Both the position numbers and the translations under genes were made by a program. From a virus, in IMG/VR virus record IMGVR_UViG_3300033156_000150, positions 1 through 64,000 of that record: DNA of 64,000 nucleotides; one strand, 5' to 3'. Shown here piece after piece: positions 44,479-55,075 of this stretch. Position 1 is the stretch's first letter. Every line of letters begins with the position of its first letter. The notes below the pieces were generated by a model. The model was not told where the DNA came from. It made no database searches and was given only the letters and a program-made list of their open reading frames with translations.

Positions 44479-46739
44479 TGGGTCTAGAGCTTGCGCGTGC
44501 GTTCGTCTCCGTTAGAGCAGACACATCGCGACTGTCGAGTGACATTAAACGCGCCAAGGATCCGTTGAAGAAAGCGTTAGACCATCTCACTAATACGGTC
44601 CGTGGGTTTCTTGCTACTTTGGGAATCGGAGTAAGCATAGCCAAAGCGTTCAGCATAGCACGAGAATCTCTTGTGTTGTGGACACGAGAGTTAGAGGCAC
44701 AAGCCAGGGTCGCCGCGTTGGTTCGCACTACAGGGATGGCAGCAGGATTCACGGCCAAGGAGTTGCGTGACATGGCTGATGAGTTCCAAGCGGCTACGAC
44801 AACGGGGAACGAAGCCATTTTGGAGTTGATGGCTCGCATGTTGACGTTTAAGTCGGTGTCCAAAGAAGTATTTAGAGACGCTATTGAAGTTGCTTTGGAC
44901 ACAGCAGCAGTGATGGGAACAGACGTTCGTAGTGCGGCCATTCAGTTAGGCATGGCGTTGGAAGATCCTTCGATTGGGTTGACTCGGCTGCGACGATCTG
45001 GTATCAGCTTTTCCGAGGCAGAAAAAGAAAGGATCAAGCAACTACAAAGGGCGGGGAAGTTGCATGAGGCGCAAGCAGAGACACTGCGCATTGTACGTAA
45101 TCAGTTGGGAGGCGTCGCTAAGGAGCTGGCTAAGTTGCCGGTTGGTCGAGTGAAGCAATTAGACAACCTGATAGGAGATGTGAAGGAGCAGATTGGGAAG
45201 TATTTGGTCCCAATGCAGCTAAAATGGAGGCAAGCCGTTTTATCGACCTATGAAGCGATCGAGAAAGTTGTGGCGACGGCTCACCAGTTCCCCTCGCTGA
45301 CCACGGCGGTGTTAACTTTTGCGGGAGCAGTGGGTACGTTGGGGACATCGGTCGCCGCCTATCGTGCGGCAGTGCGTGGTCTGCCGACTGTTCTTAAGGT
45401 GCTAGGCCAAGCTCCCCCGTTGTTGGCTGTTGCGGGTGTAATTGCTGCCGGAGCAGCTATGTTGCGATTGGCGGAAGGATTTGAGGTGGATTTCTCTAGG
45501 TTCATGCAGCGCATTGAACAGTTGCAGGATGAACAAAAGAAGAGAGTAGCTGAGATAGACAAGCTCGCGAGAAAGGTGTTTGCACCATATCCTGGTGAGT
45601 TTCCAGCATTGGAGGCTGAGGAGGAAGGAGCGATGTCTCCTGAAGAGAAGCGATTGAAGGCACTACAGGATCAGTTAGCACAAGCGCGTGAGTTGGAAGC
45701 GAAGCGTCTTGAGGAAATAAACACTATGCGCGCTCAAGAAGAAGAGCTGCGCAAACAGGCTCGTGCATTGCGAGAACAGGTCGATTGGTACACGGAGCTT
45801 ATGGGAACTTCCATTAGCTACTACCAGGAGGCACGTCGCTTGGAGCAGGAAGCAGAGTCTATTGCGTCGCGTAGGGCGCAGACTGAGTCGCTATCCTTAA
45901 ATAGGGTCAGAGCGCGAATCGAAGAGCTAAAGAAGGCGGTTGAGCTGGCTGCCAAGGAGTTGGAGGAAACAAAGAAGAAGCAGGAAATCGAGGCACATAT
46001 GGAGTTTATCAAGTCGCTGCGGAAGTCGGCCGGCGTGCTCGTTGCTGAGGAAGAGGAGCAATGGCTTGAGAAGGTACGCGAGTCGCTAGACTACCTGGAG
46101 CAGCAACATAGACTAACGGCGGACCAAGTCCACAAAATATGGATGGAGGCGTTCAAACGAACGCAGAAAGGGTTGCCACTCAAATTGTTTTCGGAGCAAC
46201 TAGATGAGTTGCAGAGACGGAATGCAGAGCTTCGAGCTCAGCTTGAGCGAGGGTTGTCACCAGCTCTTGCTGCGTTGTGGGCAGCTACAAAGGGGAAATT
46301 GGGACCGGAAAAGATGGAAGAATTGGAGAGCTTGGAGAGGCGAAACGAGATATTGGAGAAAGCCATTGAACTTGAGCAAAGGTTGAGGGAGTTCGCATCT
46401 CCATTGCAGTCTGAGTTTAAGGACATCATGGATGTCTGGAAGGAAGTGTGGAGCGAGCAAGGCACTAAAGGTGTGGACTTGACGATAAAGGCGTTGATGA
46501 ATCTGCGGGAACGTGTAAGTGAAATGATACAGGAGGCGCCAGCGATTGTCACGGCTGGAACTACAGGAGTTCAGCAATGGGGAAGGGCCGTTCAAGCCGG
46601 CGTGTTGGGACGCGAGCAGTGGGAGAGACGTGCGTCAAAACAAAGGGATGATATGATTGACTTGTTAAGACAAATTGATCAGAAGCTCGGTGAGTTGGAA
46701 GGCATGGGATCTAACCTTGGCGAACCTGGAGGTGTGTGA
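44478..46739 (+). CDS. Tape measure protein
   Basis: ELARAFVSVRADTS N-terminus; QLGMALEDP..GLTRLRRSGISFS; TM segments; long coiled coil. Confidence 0.9.
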   Translation: MGLELARAFVSVRADTSRLSSDIKRAKDPLKKALDHLTNTVRGFLATLGIGVSIAKAFSIARESLVLWTRELEAQARVAALVRTTGMAAGFTAKELRDMADEFQAATTTGNEAILELMARMLTFKSVSKEVFRDAIEVALDTAAVMGTDVRSAAIQLGMALEDPSIGLTRLRRSGISFSEAEKERIKQLQRAGKLHEAQAETLRIVRNQLGGVAKELAKLPVGRVKQLDNLIGDVKEQIGKYLVPMQLKWRQAVLSTYEAIEKVVATAHQFPSLTTAVLTFAGAVGTLGTSVAAYRAAVRGLPTVLKVLGQAPPLLAVAGVIAAGAAMLRLAEGFEVDFSRFMQRIEQLQDEQKKRVAEIDKLARKVFAPYPGEFPALEAEEEGAMSPEEKRLKALQDQLAQARELEAKRLEEINTMRAQEEELRKQARALREQVDWYTELMGTSISYYQEARRLEQEAESIASRRAQTESLSLNRVRARIEELKKAVELAAKELEETKKKQEIEAHMEFIKSLRKSAGVLVAEEEEQWLEKVRESLDYLEQQHRLTADQVHKIWMEAFKRTQKGLPLKLFSEQLDELQRRNAELRAQLERGLSPALAALWAATKGKLGPEKMEELESLERRNEILEKAIELEQRLREFASPLQSEFKDIMDVWKEVWSEQGTKGVDLTIKALMNLRERVSEMIQEAPAIVTAGTTGVQQWGRAVQAGVLGREQWERRASKQRDDMIDLLRQIDQKLGELEGMGSNLGEPGGV

Positions 46740-47638
46740 TGGAGTCAGAGAGCAGATGGGCGTTGAGAACGCCAGGTGGCATACCTTACAAATTGCTGCG
46801 TCGTAGTGGAACAGCTTCGATGACGGGAGCTGAAGGTACGGAGTTTGTGGAGGAGATAGTAATTCGTGCAGATCGGCTGTCTGAGTTTTTGGAGGAAGCG
46901 ACGTGGCGAATGGTCATGCGCCAAGGTTACATAGAGCCTCACACAGGAATGAGGATGTCTGGACTTGTGTCAATGGAGGTGTCCAAGATCACGTGGGAGT
47001 CGTTCGATCCGTCAAAACCAGTCGATCCCTTTGGATGCGATCCAACAGCACCGCCTGGTACGTATTCGGACTATCTGCGTCTGAGGTTGCATTATACGCC
47101 GTCGAAGAGTCCGGAAGATGAAGAGCCAGACAAACAACATGACGTGTGGCAAGTTGTCGATGTTAGTGCAAACGCATCGGCTAACGTAATTCATGGTGAA
47201 GTCAGAAATGCTACGTGGGCTGAAGATAACGAGCAAGTTGAGCCGGACATTTCCAACCAAGTGTTGGAGCCAACGGTGACATGGACAGTGAGGTGGCAAA
47301 GCATACCTCGGAAATACTTTCGTGACACGTTAATAGAGCGGCTGCGTGATTACATTGGCAAAGTTAACAGTGTCAAGTTTGAGGCTTTGAACGATGCTCC
47401 ACCAGAGACTGTGTTGTTTACTGGATGGGGGTTTCAAACACAAACTACGTGGTCGTCGGAAAGTACCGATTACAAACCGATCGAGCTCAACTTGACTTTC
47501 GTAGAGAAGAACTTTACGCACAAGGGGAAACAGATAACTCATCAACATGTATGGAGGCCAGGAAAGGGTTGGCAGGAGATCCGAGTTGGAGGCAGCAAAC
47601 TCTACGAGACGGCTGATCTCAACAACATATTCCTCTGA
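46739..47638 (+). CDS. Distal tail/hub protein
   Basis: Follows TMP; IGKVNS...PPETVLFTG; LYETADLN. Confidence 0.6.
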   Translation: MESESRWALRTPGGIPYKLLRRSGTASMTGAEGTEFVEEIVIRADRLSEFLEEATWRMVMRQGYIEPHTGMRMSGLVSMEVSKITWESFDPSKPVDPFGCDPTAPPGTYSDYLRLRLHYTPSKSPEDEEPDKQHDVWQVVDVSANASANVIHGEVRNATWAEDNEQVEPDISNQVLEPTVTWTVRWQSIPRKYFRDTLIERLRDYIGKVNSVKFEALNDAPPETVLFTGWGFQTQTTWSSESTDYKPIELNLTFVEKNFTHKGKQITHQHVWRPGKGWQEIRVGGSKLYETADLNNIFL

Positions 47639-47642
47639 TGCT

Positions 47643-48821
47643 ATGCGAGAGAAGTTTCCATACAAGCGACCTGGTCAGGTTTTAAGCGCTCGGCACGTCA
47701 ACCGACTTAGCAAAGTAGCCGAGAGATTTGCTGAGTTTCGGGGAGGTTCGCATCTTGACGTATCGCACAACGAAGATGGAGTGTCCATCAATGCGCCTCC
47801 GCCGTGGAAACAACGGCTGCTCAAAATTACTCAGATGCCGCAGGGAAGTGAAGGTTTCTACAGGGCACAGGAAGGTTACTACGACTACCAGGAGCAAACA
47901 TGGAAGGTAAGGACTGATACTACATGGAAAGTGGACTCCGTTATCATGGGGAACCAGTTGCAAGTAGGAGATGTAGTTGTTGCCTATTGGGACCGGCAGC
48001 GTGGGGCATGGATACCAATACCCACGACTCCCATCCGGCGGTTCGAGTTGCAAGAATCGCTGAATCCGGAGGACTCAGCGGAGGCTAAGATGCTGTTGTG
48101 GCAGGATGGCGAATTGGTAACTGCTGAGGACATAGTAGTTGTGCATGAGGTGGTGGGAACGTATTGGGGATTGGAAGGAGACATTGTCGGGTGTCAATGG
48201 TTCAACGATAGCAACCGATGGGAAGTCGTTATTGGGCGCCGTGGACTGAAGTGGTTTGAATGCACAACAAACTGCATACCTCCTCGTGACTATACTGTTA
48301 TGGCAGAGGACGCTGCTGGTATTGAGACTAGGCTATACTTGAAGAGTAGTGATCCGGGGGACGCAAACCGCCCGCTTGGTGTGTTGCGTGGAGGCGTTGC
48401 TGGGCACCAAGGCAGTCAGGTTTATGCTGCTTGGAGCAGAGAGTATCATCGTTGGGAAGTCATTACTGGACAGTTCGAAACCACGTTGTTTGGGAATGTC
48501 AACGACCCAGGGGGAATACCGGGTGGAGGATCTGGGCACGTGAGTCTTGTGTGGCCCGTGGTACAAGAGGGAAATGTATCCTTGATGCCTGCCGGTGAAA
48601 TGGTGAAGGTAGCAAACTGGGCTTTCCCAGACATACCAGATGGCACGCGCGTTGCGATTGCCTTTGACCCTGTCTATCAGCTATGGCTAATCATCGGTGT
48701 TGGACCGTATGTTAATGATCAGTTGTCGGTATCCCAGGAGGTTGTTACCTCAGTTAACTTTGGCGACCAAACCACACAGACAAAGACACTTGAACTGGCA
48801 TGGTGGAACGAAGTGAGTTGA
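47643..48821 (+). CDS. Tail tip protein with repeated beta modules
   Basis: PGQVLSARHVN start; repeated G..V.A.W......W modules. Confidence 0.55.
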   Translation: MREKFPYKRPGQVLSARHVNRLSKVAERFAEFRGGSHLDVSHNEDGVSINAPPPWKQRLLKITQMPQGSEGFYRAQEGYYDYQEQTWKVRTDTTWKVDSVIMGNQLQVGDVVVAYWDRQRGAWIPIPTTPIRRFELQESLNPEDSAEAKMLLWQDGELVTAEDIVVVHEVVGTYWGLEGDIVGCQWFNDSNRWEVVIGRRGLKWFECTTNCIPPRDYTVMAEDAAGIETRLYLKSSDPGDANRPLGVLRGGVAGHQGSQVYAAWSREYHRWEVITGQFETTLFGNVNDPGGIPGGGSGHVSLVWPVVQEGNVSLMPAGEMVKVANWAFPDIPDGTRVAIAFDPVYQLWLIIGVGPYVNDQLSVSQEVVTSVNFGDQTTQTKTLELAWWNEVS

Positions 48822-49768
48822 GCTGTGTTTACTGGCAGGAAGGCCAGTGTCTCTTGGACCGTCCTTCGTGCAAGCGTTGCAGGGCACGCTTGACGTTGGA
48901 CGATCCTGCTTTTGTCTCAAGGTGGAAGGACCCGTTGTTGGTCACAGACAGGCACAAGCAGCCGACGGAGAGCTTGAGAGGTCTTTTGGCTGGTTGCAAT
49001 GTATTCCTGGTCTGTGGGGGACCTAGTGGCAAGCAGCTAGATCTCAGCCTGCTGAATCAGAGAGGCGTTTGGACAATGGCCGTCAACAACATGGCGGCAC
49101 ACAAGTCGTTTCGGCCCAATGCGTTCGTCTGCGCCGATCCTCCGAGGAAGTTCCACCACGCCATATGGCTGGATCCAGCCATAATGAAGTTCGTGCCGAC
49201 AGTGAAGTTGCGGTCCAGGCGGGGTTATTTGAGACGTAAGATGCCCGATGGTTCCTTCTGTGACTTGGGACGTACAGTGTCTGATTGCCCGAACGTATGG
49301 GGATTCAAACGGGAGAGCTGGTTATGGCCCGATGAGCGTTTCTTTCTTAGCAAAGCAGCTCTATGGGGGAACCATGACGTCGGAGTGAAAAAGACAGGGG
49401 AACCAAAGGGAGTTAGCACAATGTTGCTGGCTCTCCGGCTGTTGGCATACCTCGGAGCAAAGCGTATCTTCCTGGTTGGTGTTGATTTTCGCATGACTAA
49501 GCAGGAGGCTTACAGTTTTGAGCAGGAGAGGTCCGATGGGGAGGTAGCTCATAACAACCGGTTGTTCTCCGTGGTCAACGACTGGCTGTGCCGGATGGAA
49601 AGCGATGGGGTCTTCAGGAAGTTTGGCGTTGAAATCTACAATTGCTACCAGCGCAGTGGACTAAGGGCGTTCCCGTATGTGCCCTATCCCGTGGCGTTGA
49701 GGGAGTGCTGGAACGACATTGAGCATACAATCGACTTGAGTCGCTGGTATGATGATGAAGAGAAGTGA
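48800..49768 (+). CDS. Maf/DUF115-like glycosyltransferase, copy 2
   Basis: FLVCGGPS, AVNN, TMLLALRLLAYLGAKRIFLVGVDF; paralog of 24776-25660. Confidence 0.75.
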   Translation: MVERSELSCVYWQEGQCLLDRPSCKRCRARLTLDDPAFVSRWKDPLLVTDRHKQPTESLRGLLAGCNVFLVCGGPSGKQLDLSLLNQRGVWTMAVNNMAAHKSFRPNAFVCADPPRKFHHAIWLDPAIMKFVPTVKLRSRRGYLRRKMPDGSFCDLGRTVSDCPNVWGFKRESWLWPDERFFLSKAALWGNHDVGVKKTGEPKGVSTMLLALRLLAYLGAKRIFLVGVDFRMTKQEAYSFEQERSDGEVAHNNRLFSVVNDWLCRMESDGVFRKFGVEIYNCYQRSGLRAFPYVPYPVALRECWNDIEHTIDLSRWYDDEEK

Positions 49769-49773
49769 CCCAT

Positions 49774-49798
49774 ATACTAATTTTGCACAAATTAGTAT
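49774..49798. promoter_or_regulatory. AT-rich perfect inverted repeat (operator-like)
   Basis: ATACTAATTT-TGCAC-AAATTAGTAT in an intergenic gap. Confidence 0.5.
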
Positions 49799-49824
49799 GA
49801 AATCTGTATTTGGAGAACCGCTGT

Positions 49825-50205
49825 ATGATTGAGGTGCCCACGTTCGACGTACCTCCCATAGGGCCAAGGCAAGGGAAAGTGTGGGGGGACACTCAGTTAC
49901 TGTTTGCTCACCATGGCGTTGAGGTACACAGGATCAGGTTTCGCGCCGGTGCTTACTGTTCGAAGCACAAGCACAAGCACAAGTGGAATCGCTTTATCGT
50001 GCTTCGCGGAACTTTGAAAATCAACGTATGGTGGGATGGGGTAGGTGAGGACGTAACCATAGTGGGGCCAGGGGAGGTGACAGACGTGCCTCCAGGTCAG
50101 TTGCATCGCTTTGAAGCCCTAGAGGATGGCGAGGCTTTGGAAATCTATTGGGTTAAGCTCAGTGCCAACGACATTGTGCGGGTGGATCAGGGAGGCAGAA
50201 GCTAA
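49825..50205 (+). CDS. Cupin (sugar isomerase/epimerase-like)
   Basis: KVWG, SKHKH.HK.N.F.V..G, VPPGQLHRFEALED. Confidence 0.85.
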   Translation: MIEVPTFDVPPIGPRQGKVWGDTQLLFAHHGVEVHRIRFRAGAYCSKHKHKHKWNRFIVLRGTLKINVWWDGVGEDVTIVGPGEVTDVPPGQLHRFEALEDGEALEIYWVKLSANDIVRVDQGGRS

Positions 50206-50768
50206 TGCCTGGGTTGCGCAGAAGGCAACGGGGGAAACTCAAGCAACTGCTCTTGGGGGTTGGCAGAAAGGACCTCTTTGGAGTTGAAGTGGGAACGTAC
50301 AAGGGTGAGTTGGCTAGCTGGATCCTCCGACGTTGCCCGGTAACGCGACTCTGGGTGGTGGATCTGTGGGATAGTGAAGTGGCTGCCAAGACGATGCTGT
50401 TAAAGGAGAACATGACTACAGTAGAGCGGGAAGCAAGACGTCGGCTAAAGCCGTTTGGGGAACGAGTGGTCATTGTAAAAGCTGACTCAGCTGAGGCAGC
50501 TAACTACTTCCTAGATGATCAACTCGACTTTGTTTACATAGATGCTTGCCACCTGTACGAACACGTGAAGAGGGATGTAGTAGCTTGGTGGCCGAAGGTA
50601 AGGAAGGGCGGAGTCCTTTGTGGACACGATTATGGTGGGATGGGTGATGTGTGTTGGGGTTGGGGTGTCAGGCGTGCCGTTGAAGAGTTTGCTTGCGAAC
50701 GCTTGCTTGAGGTGGAAACTGATATTGAATCAAGGACATGGTGGATATGGAATACACAACAGTCGTAG
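50205..50768 (+). CDS. Class I SAM methyltransferase (Methyltransf_24-like)
   Basis: VEVGTYKG, VDLW, FVYIDACH.Y, GGVLCGHDY. Confidence 0.9.
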   Translation: MPGLRRRQRGKLKQLLLGVGRKDLFGVEVGTYKGELASWILRRCPVTRLWVVDLWDSEVAAKTMLLKENMTTVEREARRRLKPFGERVVIVKADSAEAANYFLDDQLDFVYIDACHLYEHVKRDVVAWWPKVRKGGVLCGHDYGGMGDVCWGWGVRRAVEEFACERLLEVETDIESRTWWIWNTQQS

Positions 50769-51544
50769 GTGTCGACTCCAAGACGATTCGGCAATTGTCC
50801 TACACGTTTGTTACGTGGAAAGTCAAAAAGCCTTCGCTGTGGAGACACCCATTGTGGGTTTTCTACGATCGCAGTCAACTGAGGGAAAGCGACGTCTTAT
50901 CATGCGTACAACATCCTATAGTGAAGCCCATTCCTTGGCCGCACCGCTGGATTGATCGGGAGGTGTGGCCAGGGGCGGGAGAGTGTAAGTGGGACGATCC
51001 GCAGCGTCACAAAATGCTCGCCGGCTTCGTGTATGTGGGGGAACTTGTGCAAACACCCTACTGGCTGAAGCTAGACACGGACGTTCTAGCTACGGGCATG
51101 GACAACTGGATTGACGAGAGGTGGTTTGAGGGCGAACCGGCGATAGTTGCCCAACCATGGGGTTACACGATCCCACCTGATCAGATGCAGAGGCTGGACC
51201 AGTGGGTCGATCACTACCGGCTGCCCCAATTCCAGGACACCGAGCCACTACGATTGATACCGGCACCAGGAGCTGAGCGATTGAGGCACAAGCGGATTTG
51301 TAGTTGGTGTGCCTTCTTCAACACAAGGTTTACTCAGCTTTGTGCTGACTTGGCTCGAGCATCGGTAGGTAATGGAATCCTACCCGTGCCTAGTCAGGAC
51401 GGATACATGTGGTATGTGGCTAAGCGCTTGGGTAAGGAGATCCGGCGAGTGCAAATGAAGAATCGTGGATGGACCCTGCGCAGTCGCATGTCGTCAATAC
51501 GTCAAACGACTGCCGACATTCTTGGTGGGAGATACAAGGAATGA
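50747..51544 (+). CDS. GT-A fold glycosyltransferase-like protein
   Basis: TPYWLKLDTD (DxD), SQD. Confidence 0.7.
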   Translation: MEYTTVVGVDSKTIRQLSYTFVTWKVKKPSLWRHPLWVFYDRSQLRESDVLSCVQHPIVKPIPWPHRWIDREVWPGAGECKWDDPQRHKMLAGFVYVGELVQTPYWLKLDTDVLATGMDNWIDERWFEGEPAIVAQPWGYTIPPDQMQRLDQWVDHYRLPQFQDTEPLRLIPAPGAERLRHKRICSWCAFFNTRFTQLCADLARASVGNGILPVPSQDGYMWYVAKRLGKEIRRVQMKNRGWTLRSRMSSIRQTTADILGGRYKE

Positions 51545-52437
51545 AAGGAAGGGCCGTTTGCTACCTGATTTCTGGGCCAGCTCATTTGCCTTACCTTGTC
51601 GTGTCGTTATACACGCTCCGGAAGCACTGGTCTGGCGAGGTTAGGGTTTATGTATGGCCGGAGTCGCAATCGATTGTTGAAAGAATTGCTCAAGACAGTC
51701 GGTTGGACATTCAGGTCATACCGAGAGAACCACGATACAGGGGAAAGAACGCACAGGGCTTGGACAGGATCCGCCTTGCGCAGGAGGTCAAAGACGTCAC
51801 GTTCCTCTACCTTGATGCCGACAGTACAGTGCATCACGAGGACCTGGCCGATCTCTTCAGAGTAGCAGAGCAGTGTGGTTACACAGCCACCCAGTTTTGT
51901 GATTGGGTGTCGTGCGGAGCGAAGATATCCAGGCGGGTGGACCGCCTCAGGAGCGTCATTGAGGGAGAGAGGCATGGCTGGATCGATGCGGTGCTGGATC
52001 CCTCTGCAAGATGGCCCTCGGTCAACTGTGGTGTGTTTGCCTCGCGGTGCGACTCCCCCGTGCTGCCTGTGTGGGAGAAGTGGACGTGGGAGGCAAGAAG
52101 CCTCTTCATCGCCGACGAGGTAGCTCAGCATCCTATGCTGCCCATGTTTGCTCCTCGCGGCCAGTTGAAGGTGGCCACTGGATACGGACGCTGGAACAAC
52201 TCACCGCTATACCAGTCATTGAAACTGAGGGATGATGAAATAGTGGTGATGCACTACCACGGTGATTCCAATGTGCGGCCCGTGGACAAGTCGCCTAGGG
52301 GATTTGCATGGTGGTGGCCCATTTACCAGGAATGTCTGTCGTATAATATAGGTGGTATATCAGAGTGGAGGTTGGGCGTTAGGAACAAGCACTTGGACAA
52401 GATTGAGAAAGGGGTCTGCAATGGATCTGAAGGTTGA
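51541..52437 (+). CDS. GT8-like glycosyltransferase
   Basis: VSLYTLRKH, FLYLDAD, VNCGVF, DE, WNN, MHYHG. Confidence 0.78.
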   Translation: MKGRAVCYLISGPAHLPYLVVSLYTLRKHWSGEVRVYVWPESQSIVERIAQDSRLDIQVIPREPRYRGKNAQGLDRIRLAQEVKDVTFLYLDADSTVHHEDLADLFRVAEQCGYTATQFCDWVSCGAKISRRVDRLRSVIEGERHGWIDAVLDPSARWPSVNCGVFASRCDSPVLPVWEKWTWEARSLFIADEVAQHPMLPMFAPRGQLKVATGYGRWNNSPLYQSLKLRDDEIVVMHYHGDSNVRPVDKSPRGFAWWWPIYQECLSYNIGGISEWRLGVRNKHLDKIEKGVCNGSEG

Positions 52438-52918
52438 AACACCGAAGGGATGTATCTCGTTCTGTCCTATTGGTCTGCCCGACCCGTTTTGGCTGGCAAC
52501 GTATCTGTGGTGGAACGGGTTGGAGCCGTCGTCTTCCGAGCCAATGCTGAGGGTGGCGATTGTGCGTCACCCGGTCATGTGGCAGTTTGAAAGGTGGATG
52601 CAAAGGTCATGGTTCAATGGAGCTACTCTCTCATTGGGGGACTTCATTGAGCAACGACTGCGCACCTATGCCACAGAACATTGGCAGTTAGTTCAGCATG
52701 GGAGCTTCGACTCCCTCATCCGGGTAGAGGATATCCCATATTGCTTGGATGATACTCTGAAGCCATTGGATGTCGAACTGGAAATGTATGGTGGAGATCG
52801 CATCACAACTCCGTTCCTACCGTTTCTGTTTCCGCTTAGCAAGTGGAGGAAAGAACCGTGGTTTCAAAAGGTGATGGAGGCCGATGCAAGGATTGCAGAA
52901 ACATGCGACTACTTCTGA
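52421..52918 (+). CDS. Sulfotransferase-like protein (degenerate)
   Basis: AIVRHP..W and LIRVEDI; final D...AE...YF. Confidence 0.5.
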   Translation: MDLKVETPKGCISFCPIGLPDPFWLATYLWWNGLEPSSSEPMLRVAIVRHPVMWQFERWMQRSWFNGATLSLGDFIEQRLRTYATEHWQLVQHGSFDSLIRVEDIPYCLDDTLKPLDVELEMYGGDRITTPFLPFLFPLSKWRKEPWFQKVMEADARIAETCDYF

Positions 52919-53005
52919 GCAAACAGAATGTCTTGTGTAAGGCAGAGGATGAGGAGTACGTCGGAACCTATGTCTTTTTTGTTGATAGCTTTAAGGAGAG
53001 CAGCC

Positions 53006-53773
53006 ATGCAAGAAAAGCCGAGAGTGTTTGTAGTCATTCCTGCTCGTTTGTCGAGCAGCCGTTTGCCAAACAAACCACTCCGCACTGTTTGCGGGTCCAA
53101 GACTTTGCTCGAGTACACGGCGGAGCAAGCTGCAAAAGCTGTTAGGTTGACCGAACCCCATGTTGAGTTTGGTGGCTTGTGGGTAGTGACTGAGGACGAC
53201 GAGATTGTTGACTTGTGCAAGAGAAGAAACATTGACTGCATGCAAGTAAAAGGCGCTTGGTGTGGCATGGCTCGTGTTAGTTGCTTTGTTGATCGGTATC
53301 TGAAACGAAACGGAAACGTCCGTCCAAGCGATGTCATTATCGACTGGCAGGTGGATGAGCCGCACTTCACTAATGTTGAGGCTTTGGTGAAGTGTGCTCA
53401 TTTGTGGCCGCGTGCGATAACAACAGCATATACGCCATGCGCAGGACTGAGCTTAAACAACCCTAACGTCGTTAAGGTTGTGGTCGATCCTAGCTATGGT
53501 CATTGTTGCTGGTTCTCTAGGGTGCCTCCCGTTGGAATGTGGGTCTCTTCTGTGTGCCGACATCTTGGGATCTATGCAAGCACGATTATCGGCGCATGGG
53601 ATGGAAGTAACTTCCTTCCTCATAGGATGTCACAGACCGAAAAACTTGAGCAACTCACGTGGCTGCTCAGGGGGTACAAGTTCTATGGTGTGTGGGAGGC
53701 CTGGAGGAAGGACTTGATTTCGGTGGACACTGAGGACGACCTGGAGGAATTGAAGAGGAACCTCCGAAACTGA
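53006..53773 (+). CDS. kdsB: CMP-Kdo synthetase-like cytidylyltransferase
   Basis: VIPARLSSSRLPNKPL, TED, QVDEP, NPNVVKVV, FSR, HLGIYA, EKLEQL, SVDTEDDL. Confidence 0.85.
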   Translation: MQEKPRVFVVIPARLSSSRLPNKPLRTVCGSKTLLEYTAEQAAKAVRLTEPHVEFGGLWVVTEDDEIVDLCKRRNIDCMQVKGAWCGMARVSCFVDRYLKRNGNVRPSDVIIDWQVDEPHFTNVEALVKCAHLWPRAITTAYTPCAGLSLNNPNVVKVVVDPSYGHCCWFSRVPPVGMWVSSVCRHLGIYASTIIGAWDGSNFLPHRMSQTEKLEQLTWLLRGYKFYGVWEAWRKDLISVDTEDDLEELKRNLRN

Positions 53774-53788
53774 GTTGGGAGTCAGGCA

Positions 53789-54529
53789 ATGAAACCAATT
53801 AGGATCGTGTCCCATTGCTACGCTGACAAGTATGTTCACTTTGCTTGGGCATTGAAGTTGCAAGCGATGTCGCTACTTCAATTCCCATGCGAGTGCGAAG
53901 TGCGATGGACTGTTTGTTGGACGGAGTCCGACGAAAACACGAGCTGGGTAATGGATTGGGCTGCGGAACGGTTCAGGAAGCTGGACCGTCCTTTGTTTAT
54001 CGATCACATACCTTTGCCGAAGGAATGGTTGTGGCGTCGTGCTATCGGTCGTCACCGAGCCACGCTGTTCGGTCGAGATGGGTTGTTGTGGTTTACTGAC
54101 TGTGACTACCTTTTCGGCGAGGATTGTCTCAGTACCCTGGCACGCATGGAGTGGCCGGAAGGCGCGTCCGTTGCTTTTCCGAGCAAGGTGCTTATAAGCG
54201 AAACGCATGAGCAAGGGGATCAGTTGCTTTGCCAGGCATGGCATGTTGATAAATTGCCATTAGACGAATTTACTTTTGTGCCTCACTACTACAGCAAGGC
54301 GATAGGCGGTGTGCAGATTGTCCGGGCTGAGGATGCATGGCACAGAGGTTATGTGGAGCAGGGCAAAGGAAAGTGGCACCGACCGGTCAAGCAACCGTTT
54401 CCCAACTTCCGCGACGACATAGTGTTCCGGCAGGAGTGGTCGAGGTACGGGAGGATTGTGCCCATTACCTTGCCGAATCTGTATAGGGTGAGGCACACCA
54501 AAACGAGCTATCAGGAGGACAAGACATGA
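53789..54529 (+). CDS. GT2-like glycosyltransferase
   Basis: RRAIGR, LWFTDCD (DxD), GGVQI, DDIVF. Confidence 0.72.
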   Translation: MKPIRIVSHCYADKYVHFAWALKLQAMSLLQFPCECEVRWTVCWTESDENTSWVMDWAAERFRKLDRPLFIDHIPLPKEWLWRRAIGRHRATLFGRDGLLWFTDCDYLFGEDCLSTLARMEWPEGASVAFPSKVLISETHEQGDQLLCQAWHVDKLPLDEFTFVPHYYSKAIGGVQIVRAEDAWHRGYVEQGKGKWHRPVKQPFPNFRDDIVFRQEWSRYGRIVPITLPNLYRVRHTKTSYQEDKT

Positions 54530-54792
54530 GAGACGTAGTGCAGATGTGTAACGAGGCACGCAGGGAGGTTGAGGACGCATACAAAGGCTTGAAAAGGACG
54601 GAACTCTTTACCCTGTTCGGGCATACGAAGCCTGTCACGGAAGGCAGAACAAAGGAATACTACGAGGCGCTGGAGGCGCACCATACTCTACGAGGAGTTG
54701 GTTATGGCGTGCTGTCTGACATCATGAAGGGTATTGTGAGCCTCATAGCAATAGTCGGCTGTGTAATGTTAGTGTGGAAGGCTCTCTTTTGA
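54526..54792 (+). CDS. Small C-terminally anchored membrane protein
   Basis: C-terminal TM helix; ATGA overlap. Confidence 0.6.
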   Translation: MRDVVQMCNEARREVEDAYKGLKRTELFTLFGHTKPVTEGRTKEYYEALEAHHTLRGVGYGVLSDIMKGIVSLIAIVGCVMLVWKALF

Positions 54793-54800
54793 GGTATGCG

Positions 54801-55067
54801 ATGAACGAAGTGAAATGTGTTGGCGAACACATCAAGGAATGGTTGATAGAGCTCGGCGCTGATGGTTTGTGTAACGGAATCGAGTCGTGTTCTTGCAGTC
54901 TCGACGATCTGTTCCTTCAGTATGGTTGTGCTCCAACCATTTGTTTTCCAGCTAGGAGAGTAAGATGTTCCTGTGGACGTGAGTTCTTCGTAACGATAGA
55001 CTTGAGTGAGGGAACTTGTCCGAAATGTGGTAACAGGTGTGTCGTCAATAGCAGGAGCAAAGCGTGA
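54801..55067 (+). CDS. Cys-rich Zn-binding protein
   Basis: GADGLCN..SCSC...CSCG...CPKCG. Confidence 0.6.
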   Translation: MNEVKCVGEHIKEWLIELGADGLCNGIESCSCSLDDLFLQYGCAPTICFPARRVRCSCGREFFVTIDLSEGTCPKCGNRCVVNSRSKA

Positions 55068-55075
55068 AGAGATTA

